A DNA stretch of 63,892 bases, the filler included, from an uncultured Acidimicrobiia bacterium (GTDB lineage: Bacteria; Actinomycetota; Acidimicrobiia; Spongiisociales; JAOTWH01), in assembly GCA_964347285.1 (NCBI GenBank). It is 4 parts of 4 records of this genome, joined end to end, with 100 filler letters (N's around TTAATTAATTAA, not from the genome) between each part and the next. Parts side by side here need not be neighbours in the genome. Positions count along the whole stretch, not along the records: positions 38,305 to 56,737 come from CAYFYE010000050.1; 3 more parts are not named here. One strand, 5' to 3'. The first letter of the stretch is position 1; the number at the start of each line of letters is the position of its first letter. Below the pieces are notes generated by a model. It worked only from the letters and a program-made list of their open reading frames with translations. It made no database searches and was not told where the DNA came from. A program made the position numbers and the translations under genes. Positions 38,515-46,421 of the stretch are shown piece by piece.

Positions 38515-40590
38515 CTAGCCGACCCGAACCCGGAAGCCGGATCCTTCGCGCGCCACAACGGTCAGGCTGACACCCTCGACCTCAATCGAGTCACCCGGCT
38601 TCAGGACGTGGGCAGTCGCAAAAGGACTCGGAGGGTACTGCCTGAATTCTCGCCAGATGCCGGGGCAGCCGGGTACACAGGCCTGGTCCACAAGGTAAAC
38701 CTCTACCCCCTCGTACGAAAGGGGGATCGGATCCACCTCAGAGGACACACGAGCCCCGGCGGTGTAGAAGACTTCGGGCGTCCCTGTTGGGATAACGACC
38801 ATCTGGGTACCGGTCGAGTCGGGGGGAACCAGCAGCAGCTCCGACGTCTCGCCATCCCAAACGAAGACGTCGGTCGGGTCGATCCAGCCTGCCTGGTAGA
38901 GGTTGAAAGCCGGAGTTGCGTAGACGACCGACGCCTCCAGGCCGTTGACCCACAGGTTGCCACTCATCATGTCGATGGGGTTGTCGTACTCGTTCTCAGT
39001 CGTGCCTGAATGAGAGTGCGGCCAGTGCAGTGTGTGGCCGATCTCGTGTGGCACGGTGCTCGGGAAGAAGTAGAGCGACACGGTCCCCACGACCGCGTAC
39101 CGCTCATTGTCGGGAAACGTCGTCGGCGGCGGCGGGAACCCGAAGCTCTCCAGTTGTGATTCGGAAGATGCGAAACCCGACAGATTGTCATCGGTGACGA
39201 TCAAGGCAGCTTCGGTCGAGTTGTCTGCTTCGGAGATGACATCCACGACGCATGCGTCCCAATCTGGTGATGAAACCGAACCGCCGCCCGTGAAGGTCGG
39301 CCGATAGAGCCCTCCCGACAACGCTTCGAAGTATGGGACTACTGTCGCATTGAGTTCGGCGATTATCTCACCGTGGGTGATCGGCTCGTCCCCGGAAGGG
39401 ACGTCGCAGATCCACACCCCGAAATGGTCGTCGCCCACGGTGTGTCTGCGCATGTCTCGTGCGGCAACCACTAATCCCAAGGGGTCATCCTCCAGAAACT
39501 GCGGCTTACCGTCTGTGAGGTTGCCGAACTCACCCGATACCGGCAGCCAATTGGACTGTGCTCCGGGCAAGACGAACCGGGAGTCGGCGATTCCTTGAGT
39601 GAGCGTGTGGCGGAAGTAGAAGGCCAGATCGGAAGGACGGAAGATGGCAGGGGTGTCAGCGCCGTCGATGATCCCCCAGTCTCCCGAGACGAACCGGTCA
39701 CCGGGATCTCCGAAAAAGATCTCACCGCTGGCTATTCCCGTATCGAGCGTGTTGCGCCAGTAGAAGAACCCGGTGGACTCGCGATGCAGTCCCACCTCGT
39801 CGATGCCGTCGCCGTCCCAGTCGCCCACCACCGGCTTGTCGCCGGGGTTGCCGAACACGAAGCTGAACTCGGCGGCACCCAACCCACCTTCATTCGCCCC
39901 CAGGGTGTTGATGATGAAGAACTGCTGGGTCGCCGGTCGATACAGTGAAAGTGTGTCGCAGCCGTCCCCATCGAAATCTCCCGGAATCGGCACATCACCC
40001 GGGTCTCCGAAGAAGAACCTGACATCGGCGACGCCTTGGGTATTGGCATTCCTCAGATAGGCGAATCCATCCGATTGGCGATACAAGCCGGACGTGTCAT
40101 CGCCGTCGCAGTCCCAGTCCCCGACAAAGGGGAAATCACCCGGATCCCCGTAGTAGAACGAGGCGACGCTGCCGCCATCGTCTCTGAGGTGCCACTCACC
40201 GGTGGCGTTGTTCACCAGCCCCACCTCGTCGGCCGCGACCGGGGAGCCGAGAGCGAAGAGCATCACTAGAGATGCAACGAACGCTCCGGCTGCCCGGCTG
40301 ACACCGACCGTCGGAAACGCCGCCAACCTCCCTGTGCGTTGCCCGCCTACAAACGCCAACCGATCGCTTTGGCCGGCGCCACCGGCCCGGCGGAAGAGGC
40401 GAAGGGCCTGGACCATGGGTTGGCGTCCGCAGGGACCACTCGACGGGGCCACAGGCTTTCGGGTCGCCGGGGCGAGCTCTTGGGTCGCCGGGGCGACCCT
40501 CGGAACGCTCCACGATCGGACCGCCTCAACCATGACTCGGAGCATGGCGAGTCCCCTCTTCCCCCCGGGATCTTGACCCACAGTGTGCAC
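38515..40590 (-). CDS. Secreted protein: GDWDxDG (FG-GAP-like) repeat domain plus metzincin-type metalloprotease; true start probably further downstream (~40300-40420)
   Basis: Signal-like FVASLVMLFALGSPVAA; four FGxPGDxxxxGD[WF] repeats; HEIGHTLHWPH and downstream YDNPIDMMS. Confidence 0.75.
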   Translation of the reverse strand: MHTVGQDPGGKRGLAMLRVMVEAVRSWSVPRVAPATQELAPATRKPVAPSSGPCGRQPMVQALRLFRRAGGAGQSDRLAFVGGQRTGRLAAFPTVGVSRAAGAFVASLVMLFALGSPVAADEVGLVNNATGEWHLRDDGGSVASFYYGDPGDFPFVGDWDCDGDDTSGLYRQSDGFAYLRNANTQGVADVRFFFGDPGDVPIPGDFDGDGCDTLSLYRPATQQFFIINTLGANEGGLGAAEFSFVFGNPGDKPVVGDWDGDGIDEVGLHRESTGFFYWRNTLDTGIASGEIFFGDPGDRFVSGDWGIIDGADTPAIFRPSDLAFYFRHTLTQGIADSRFVLPGAQSNWLPVSGEFGNLTDGKPQFLEDDPLGLVVAARDMRRHTVGDDHFGVWICDVPSGDEPITHGEIIAELNATVVPYFEALSGGLYRPTFTGGGSVSSPDWDACVVDVISEADNSTEAALIVTDDNLSGFASSESQLESFGFPPPPTTFPDNERYAVVGTVSLYFFPSTVPHEIGHTLHWPHSHSGTTENEYDNPIDMMSGNLWVNGLEASVVYATPAFNLYQAGWIDPTDVFVWDGETSELLLVPPDSTGTQMVVIPTGTPEVFYTAGARVSSEVDPIPLSYEGVEVYLVDQACVPGCPGIWREFRQYPPSPFATAHVLKPGDSIEVEGVSLTVVAREGSGFRVRVG

Positions 40591-40602
40591 TCTACGCGGT
40601 CA

Positions 40603-40644
40603 TTGGTCAATCAACATGACCAACGTTCATGCAGTCTATGAACG
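40603..40644. repeat. Two abutting perfect 7-7-7 inverted repeats
   Basis: TTGGTCA-atcaaca-TGACCAA (40603-40623) directly followed by CGTTCAT-gcagtct-ATGAACG (40624-40644). Confidence 0.85.
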
Positions 40645-40942
40645 ATGGAGCCTGCCCGGCGAGCCGGCGCCTAACTGATTCAGATGCGGGCCGAGTTGGT
40701 GCCGCACCGATTCCTCAAGACCATCTCCGGTACCCGGGCGGCTCCACCCCGGCCTGAGGACCCGAAGACATCACCCTCCTCGAGTGTCAACGGGACGGCG
40801 AGAGGGCACACCCTCCTCGCATCCGGCCGCCCGGGACGTTGATCCCGGCCACATGCCCTCGACCCAAGCCCCCGGTCCTCTGTAGGCCTAGGACGTGTCG
40901 GTGGAAACCGAAACGCAGCGGGAGAAGGGGGAGACGCGCACG

Positions 40943-41361
40943 ATGAAGAGATGCACAGGTTTCATCGTGCTCCCGGGAATGCCCTTGATTGGGGCCGCAT
41001 GTGGGGGTGACGATGGCGCTGGAGACACGACCACGTCCGACCCAACCGCCGTGTTCGAGGAGTGGGCGGCGACGTGGAACGCCCAGGATCTCGAGGCGTA
41101 TATGGCCCTCGACGCCGCTGACGCTCAAGAGTCGTTTGGAGGCAACACCTACGAAGGGAGGGCGGAGATCCGGAACGCCCACGAGGTCTGGAAAGCCGCT
41201 TCACGATGGAATGCGCCGACCACCAGGTCTCCGACGACACCGTCACCTTCGACAGTGTTCTCACCGGAACCCCTGGGCCGGTGAAGGGCGAAAGGATCGA
41301 GGCCGTCATCGTGGATGGCAAGATCGCGAGGATGGAAGTAATCGGAAGATTGGCGCCCTGA
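40943..41361 (+). pseudogene. Frameshifted SnoaL/NTF2-like lipoprotein
   Basis: Lipobox IGAAC; WNAQDLEAYMAL..ADA, YEGRAEIR; near 41198 the protein-like sequence continues in another frame (FTMECADHQVSDDTVTFD...IVDGKIARM). Confidence 0.65.
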
Positions 41362-41557
41362 CCAAAGCGCAGTCCTCCGACGGTGGCTCAGCGACCGTTG
41401 GCGAGTCGGGGCAATCACCCACGGCACCGCCTTGATCGGCACCGCGATCGCCTCGAGCGAACACCCATCCCGGCCGATCTGGTGCTGAGCCAGGTCCAGA
41501 GCCCGCATTCCACACGGTCCCCCACCGCGGCGACCCGCAACGACAGCCCGCCACCCG

Positions 41558-41788
41558 CTAGGCCCCGGATCGGCGAGGCCGCCGCCGACCGAAGGACACG
41601 CCGAGCTCGGCGAGCTCGGCAGCAATCGCCGTCAGCGCGTCTCGCATCGAGCAGGCATCGCCGAACCCGCGGGCTCTCCTGAGCCGCGCCCCGCAGCTCG
41701 GACAGCAGGGAAAGCCCAGGCTCAGCCAGGCCTCGTGCTGTCGGTCCCGACTGCTCTCCAGGTCGTCGATCATGTCGTCGTCGAGCAC
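41558..41788 (-). CDS. Small hypothetical protein with CPSCG motif
   Basis: GTG after AAGGGGG; MLDDDMIDDLE...FPCCPSCGARL. Confidence 0.45.
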   Translation of the reverse strand: MLDDDMIDDLESSRDRQHEAWLSLGFPCCPSCGARLRRARGFGDACSMRDALTAIAAELAELGVSFGRRRPRRSGA

Positions 41789-41982
41789 GTCTTCGCCCCC
41801 TTTTGAACTGGCACCGGCCGGATCACTCACGCCCCCGGTACCGCGCAGCGTGACACGCCGTTCCCTCCGCCAGTAGGGACTTTCGGTCCTTCCTCCACCC
41901 GGCGACTGGAGCCGTGGCCACACCGCTGCCCCCCAGGCCACCCGCCGCCGGGTCCCACCCTCAGCCGGGTAGGTTCGGCGCC

Positions 41983-43167
41983 ATGACCGACGCCGGCATC
42001 CGGAGCCCGGCCGGTGAGGCCACCGATGCCCTCATCGTCGGCGCCGGCATCATCGGCCTGGCCGGCGCCCATGCCCTCCTCCGGGAAGGGGCCTCGGTGC
42101 GAATCGTCGAGCGCTCCCTTCCCGGTGCCGGCGAGTCGACCAAGACCGGAGGAGGCGTCCGGCTGGCGCACGGATCCCGGACCAACGTCGTCCTCACTCA
42201 GCTCAGCCTGCCCACCTGGACCGGCTTCGCCGCCGAGTTCGGCGTCGACCCCGGCTACCGGCAGACCGGCCATCTGTTCCTGACCTCCGACGAGGAGCGG
42301 GCCGCCGAGCTGCGATCGCAAGCCGAATGGCTGGCGACCCTCGGCGTGCACTGCGACCTGCTCACCCGCAAGGACATCGGGAAACGATGGCCCCATCTCC
42401 GCAGCCTGACGTTCGAGACCGGAAGCTTCTGCGAGACCGGCGGCTACCTGGATCAGCACCGGGTCATCCAGGGATACGTGCGGGCCGTCGAGGCTCGGGG
42501 CGGCCTCATCGAGGTCGGAGCCCGGGTCGACCGCCTCCTCTTCGACGGCGAGCGGGTCAGCGGGGTGGGGACGCCCGGGGGCAACTACACGGCCGACCAC
42601 GTGGTCAATGCGGCCGGACCCAACGCCGGCGAGATCGCCGCCCTGGCCGGACTCGACATCCCGTTCCTCTCCCGCCGCCACGAGCTGCTGGTGGTCCGTC
42701 CCCATAGCCCGGTGCCCGACGACACCCCGTGGCTGATCGACCTCGACGACCAGGTCCACATGCGCCCCGACGGCGAAGGGCGGGCGCTGGTCGGCGGCTT
42801 CCTGGGGCGGGACGATCCGGTCGATCCGTTCCGCTACGACCGGACTTTGTCGGAAGCCTGGTCGGCCGAGGTTCGCCGAGCCGCCGCCCGCTCCTTCGGG
42901 ATCGTCGACGAGACCTGTGCCGTCGTCGACGGCTGGGCCGGCCTGTATCCGGGGACGCTGGACTATCAGCCGGTGCTCGAGATCACCAGGCCCGGCCTGC
43001 TCACCGCGGCCGGGTTCTCCGGCACCGGCCTCATGCACGCCCCGGCGGTGGGGCAAGTCGTGGCCGATCTCGCCCTCAGGGAATCGACAAGCGCCCTGGA
43101 GATCTCCGACCTCCGCTCCACCCGTTTCGCCGAGGACCGCACCGTCGTGGAGCGGACCGGGTTCTAG
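41983..43167 (+). CDS. FAD-dependent oxidoreductase, DAO/sarcosine oxidase beta family
   Basis: IVGAGIIG, VVNAAG, WAGLY..TLD, AAGFSGTGLMHAPAVG. Confidence 0.92.
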   Translation: MTDAGIRSPAGEATDALIVGAGIIGLAGAHALLREGASVRIVERSLPGAGESTKTGGGVRLAHGSRTNVVLTQLSLPTWTGFAAEFGVDPGYRQTGHLFLTSDEERAAELRSQAEWLATLGVHCDLLTRKDIGKRWPHLRSLTFETGSFCETGGYLDQHRVIQGYVRAVEARGGLIEVGARVDRLLFDGERVSGVGTPGGNYTADHVVNAAGPNAGEIAALAGLDIPFLSRRHELLVVRPHSPVPDDTPWLIDLDDQVHMRPDGEGRALVGGFLGRDDPVDPFRYDRTLSEAWSAEVRRAAARSFGIVDETCAVVDGWAGLYPGTLDYQPVLEITRPGLLTAAGFSGTGLMHAPAVGQVVADLALRESTSALEISDLRSTRFAEDRTVVERTGF

Positions 43168-43330
43168 GGAAGGGCCGCGGTGCCGGACTACGGTGGGCGT
43201 GCCGATCGGGCCGGACGCAGAGCCGGATGCGGTTCGGCCGGGCCGTCGGCATCCGTCCGTACCCCGGTCGTGACCGGGCCCCAGAGAACTCGCCGCCCCG
43301 GCGAGACCTGCCACGAAAGGAGCCGACTCG

Positions 43331-43765
43331 ATGCCCAGGATGACGCCCGAGGAGGTGGACCAGTACCTGCAGCTCCCCCACGTCGCCGTGCTCTCGGCGA
43401 GCCGGGAGGGGCGCGGCCCGATCGCCTCACCGATTTGGTACGACTACGTCGACGGCGACGTCCGGATCGTGACGGCCCGGGACTCCGTCCACGGCCGGGC
43501 GATACAGCGCACGGGATGGGCCACCCTCACCGTGCGGTCCGAGGAGTACGGCGACGACCACACCGTGGAGCGATATGCGAACGTCGAGGGACCCATCTCC
43601 TTCGCGGACGAAGACATCACACCGGTGGTCACGGCAATGCGCCGCCGCTACTACACCGGCACCAGGGCGGACGAATGGATCGCTCGCCCGCTGATCACCA
43701 CCCAGGAGGTCGCCGTCCTCCGCCCGGAGCGAGTCGCCGGGTTCTACTGGGAGGAGTCGCTCTGA
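43331..43765 (+). CDS. Pyridoxamine-5'-phosphate oxidase-like (split-barrel flavin/F420-binding) protein
   Basis: HVAVLS, GPIASPIWY, S.HGRAI, RYANVEG, LRPER. Confidence 0.8.
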   Translation: MPRMTPEEVDQYLQLPHVAVLSASREGRGPIASPIWYDYVDGDVRIVTARDSVHGRAIQRTGWATLTVRSEEYGDDHTVERYANVEGPISFADEDITPVVTAMRRRYYTGTRADEWIARPLITTQEVAVLRPERVAGFYWEESL

Positions 43766-43885
43766 GGTAGCAGAGCCGTCCCTCATCTTCGGCCCCTCGA
43801 GCCGAAGCGCAGCGGAGGTACCGGAGATGGCGAGATCCGAGACCTCAGCGGCCGGCACCCGACACCCGCCGGCTCGCCGGTCCGC

Positions 43886-44305
43886 CTAGTCGCCGATCAC
43901 CTTGACGAGCACCCGCTTGCGGCGGCGGCCGTCGAACTCCCCGTAAAAGATCTGCTCCCAGGGGCCGAAGTCGAGCCGCCCCTCGGTGATCGCCACCACC
44001 ACTTCGCGCCCGAACAGCTGGCGCTTCAGGTGGGCGTCGCCGTTGTCCTCCCCGGTGCGGTTGTGGTGGTAGACGGAGATCGGCTCGTGGGGGACCAGAC
44101 CCTCCAGGAACACCTCGAAGTCGTGGTGCAGGCCCGGCTCGTCGTCGTTGATGAAGACGCTGGCGGTGATGTGCATGGCGTTGACGAGGACGAAGCCCTC
44201 CTGCACGCCGCTCTCCCGCACCGTCTCTTCGACGTCGGGGGTGATGTTGACGAAGGCCCTCCGGGTGGGCGTCTCGAACCACAGTTCTCGGCGATGGGAC
44301 TTCAC
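43886..44305 (-). CDS. yjbQ: YjbQ/UPF0047 family protein (second copy)
   Basis: [35 protein letters not shown]. Confidence 0.92.
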   Translation of the reverse strand: MKSHRRELWFETPTRRAFVNITPDVEETVRESGVQEGFVLVNAMHITASVFINDDEPGLHHDFEVFLEGLVPHEPISVYHHNRTGEDNGDAHLKRQLFGREVVVAITEGRLDFGPWEQIFYGEFDGRRRKRVLVKVIGD

Positions 44306-44362
44306 GCAGCTCCTCCTTAGCGCTGACGGCTCCGATTCTGGACGTTCTTGAGGCAGGGACGG

Positions 44363-44423
44363 CGGCCCAGCACCGCCCGGTCACCACCCGGGCCGCGGTC
44401 AGCCGAGGAAGGCCGCCAGCGCC
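44363..44423. repeat. 61-bp direct repeat, copy 1 (duplicate of hydrolase 3' end and downstream DNA)
   Basis: 55/61 identical to 45489-45549 by manual alignment. Confidence 0.85.
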
Positions 44424-44571
44424 GCGGTGCGGGCCCCGGGCTGAAGTGGACCGCCAACGCGTTGAGCCCGTCCTCCCACTCGTGAGACAGCGGCCCGAAC
44501 CACACCTCCCCGGTGAAGTGCTCGGCGGGGGCGGGGGTCCACTCGATGAATTCGGCGGGGCGGTGCTTCAC
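44424..44571 (-). pseudogene. Truncated cupin (N-terminal fragment)
   Basis: PAEHFTGEVW...VHFSPG(ART with a 1-nt slip), then ends at the repeat before the cupin His motif. Confidence 0.65.
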
Positions 44572-44680
44572 GGCGGCTCCTCGGGTCGGGGGGACGCAGG
44601 CTAGGGGGGCTCACCCCGGCTAGGCGCGCTCACCCGCGACGATTGCCGGTCGAGGGCCGTTCCCGGAGAGAGCCGGGTCG

Positions 44681-44842
44681 CTAGATGCGCCCGCCGCCGA
44701 GCCAGTCGCCGGCGTCGAACACCGGCGGATCCTGGTGCTCCCGCTCGTGGAAGCTGTCGACCTCGTTCCAGCGGCGATACGCCCACCTCGCAAAGACGGA
44801 AACGGCAACGACCCCCACGGCGAGGATCACCGGAACGAGCAT
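44681..44842 (-). CDS. 53-aa single-TM small protein
   Basis: MLVPVILAVGVVAVSVFARWAYRRW...; purine-rich RBS. Confidence 0.55.
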   Translation of the reverse strand: MLVPVILAVGVVAVSVFARWAYRRWNEVDSFHEREHQDPPVFDAGDWLGGGRI

Positions 44843-44918
44843 GTAGCACCCCCCTTCGCCGGGAAATGCTAGATCGCCGGTGCCGCCGCACAAGCACGAA
44901 ATCTGTGTGGCACGGGTC

Positions 44919-45458
44919 TCACGGTGGCGGCAGCCGGCGCACGTCGCTGTCCGTACGTGGGGCCGACGGTGACAGGTCGGTGACCCGGTCGAGCAGCCGG
45001 TCGACGCGCTCCGCTGCGGCGCGGCGCACCCGGCCCCGCCGCTCCCAGGGCATGCGGCGGCGGTACGGGTCCCTGGGGTTGTCGGTGAGGGCACTCACCA
45101 TCCTCACCAGGGCCGACACCGCCACCCAGACGAGCACGATCATCACGAGGTACCAGGGGATGTTCCCTACTCCCAACACGGCGTTGGCGATGGCGCCTGC
45201 CGCCGTGGCGCCGACGATGAGCGCTCCCCAGGCGATGGCGTCCCGCTTGCGCAGCTCCTTGCGCCAGTGCAGCTCGGCGATGCGGAAGGACGCCCTGAGG
45301 CTCGGGTCGTGGTCGATGGGATCGCCCCGGTAGCTGATCTCCCATCGGCTGGGCTCGAGCAGCGAGATGCGATAGCGCCCGGCGAGGTAGTCGGCGCCAT
45401 CCCTGCTCCAAGCGAGGAGCCCCGCCGGAGGCTCCACCGGGAACTGCTCGGTGCTCAT
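44919..45458 (-). CDS. Hypothetical membrane protein (2 TM)
   Basis: Two hydrophobic helices; GC3 bias; GAGG RBS. Confidence 0.65.
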   Translation of the reverse strand: MSTEQFPVEPPAGLLAWSRDGADYLAGRYRISLLEPSRWEISYRGDPIDHDPSLRASFRIAELHWRKELRKRDAIAWGALIVGATAAGAIANAVLGVGNIPWYLVMIVLVWVAVSALVRMVSALTDNPRDPYRRRMPWERRGRVRRAAAERVDRLLDRVTDLSPSAPRTDSDVRRLPPP

Positions 45459-45488
45459 CCGTCGCCTCTGTAGCCCAACTTACTCGGC

Positions 45489-45549
45489 CGGCCCGGCACC
45501 GCCCGGTCACTACTCAGGCCGCGGTCAGCCGAGGAACGCGGCCAGCGCC
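45489..45549. repeat. 61-bp direct repeat, copy 2
   Basis: Covers the last codons (ALAAFLG*) of the hydrolase and 36 bp downstream. Confidence 0.85.
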
Positions 45550-46319
45550 CCGTTGAACGCGTCGGTCACCTCCAGGTTGGGAAGGTGGGCGGTCCCTTCC
45601 AGTTCCACCAGCTCGGCGCCGGCGATGCCCCGGGCCGTGGCCCGGCAGCCGGCGATCACCACCTCGGCGTCTTCGGTGCCCACGATCACCAGTGTGGGGA
45701 CGGCCACCTCGCCGAGCCGCTCCATGGCCGGCGGGTCCAGTTGCCGCGAGTCCCCCCAGTCCTCGACCCGGTTGATCGGAACCGACCAGGCCACCACCTT
45801 GTCGCGCAGCCACTGCGGCGCCGATCCCTCCGGGCGGCCCGGTCCGTCCACCCAGGCCCGGGCCTCGAGCCGGCCGGCCTCCTCGAAGTCGCCCCGGGAA
45901 ACGGCGGCCTCGACGCCGGCCCAGGTCTCTTCGAGCAGGGGGTCGTCGGGGTAGTCGAAACCCACCGGAGTGACCCCGGCCAGGACCAGCTTCTCGACCC
46001 GCTCCGGCCGCTCGATGGCGAAGTCGAGGGCGAACCCGGCCCCGATCGAACATCCGACGATCGAGGCGGCCGTCGCCCCGACCGCATCCAACACCGCGGC
46101 CAGGTCGTCGCGTCTGGAGAACGGCTCGGTGCCGATCGGGGTGTCCCCGAACCCCCGGGCGTCGGGCGTGGTGCACCGGAAGCGGTCCCGGAAGGCCGCC
46201 ACCTGCGGCTTCCACATGGTGCGATCGGCGATCCCGGCGTGCAGGAAGACGAGGTCGGGACCCTCCCCGACCGTGTCGTAGGCGATGCGGGTCCCGACGG
46301 CGTCGGCGTAGCCGGTCAT
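45525..46319 (-). CDS. Alpha/beta hydrolase
   Basis: FLHAG, DARGFG, VGCSIGA, VGTED, AHLPNLE. Confidence 0.92.
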   Translation of the reverse strand: MTGYADAVGTRIAYDTVGEGPDLVFLHAGIADRTMWKPQVAAFRDRFRCTTPDARGFGDTPIGTEPFSRRDDLAAVLDAVGATAASIVGCSIGAGFALDFAIERPERVEKLVLAGVTPVGFDYPDDPLLEETWAGVEAAVSRGDFEEAGRLEARAWVDGPGRPEGSAPQWLRDKVVAWSVPINRVEDWGDSRQLDPPAMERLGEVAVPTLVIVGTEDAEVVIAGCRATARGIAGAELVELEGTAHLPNLEVTDAFNGALAAFLG

Positions 46320-46421
46320 TCGCTCACACTACGGGCCTCCATGGCTCGTGGTCGAGCGTCGAGTATGCGGGCCGAGCTGCCCGGGCCGTGGGGTTCGCCG
46401 TGCGGCCGGGGCGGCCGCACC

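Noticed and set aside
43331..46319. Run of small genes as an integron cassette array
   Set aside because: No recurring attC-like sites between genes and no integrase; only the single 61-bp duplication
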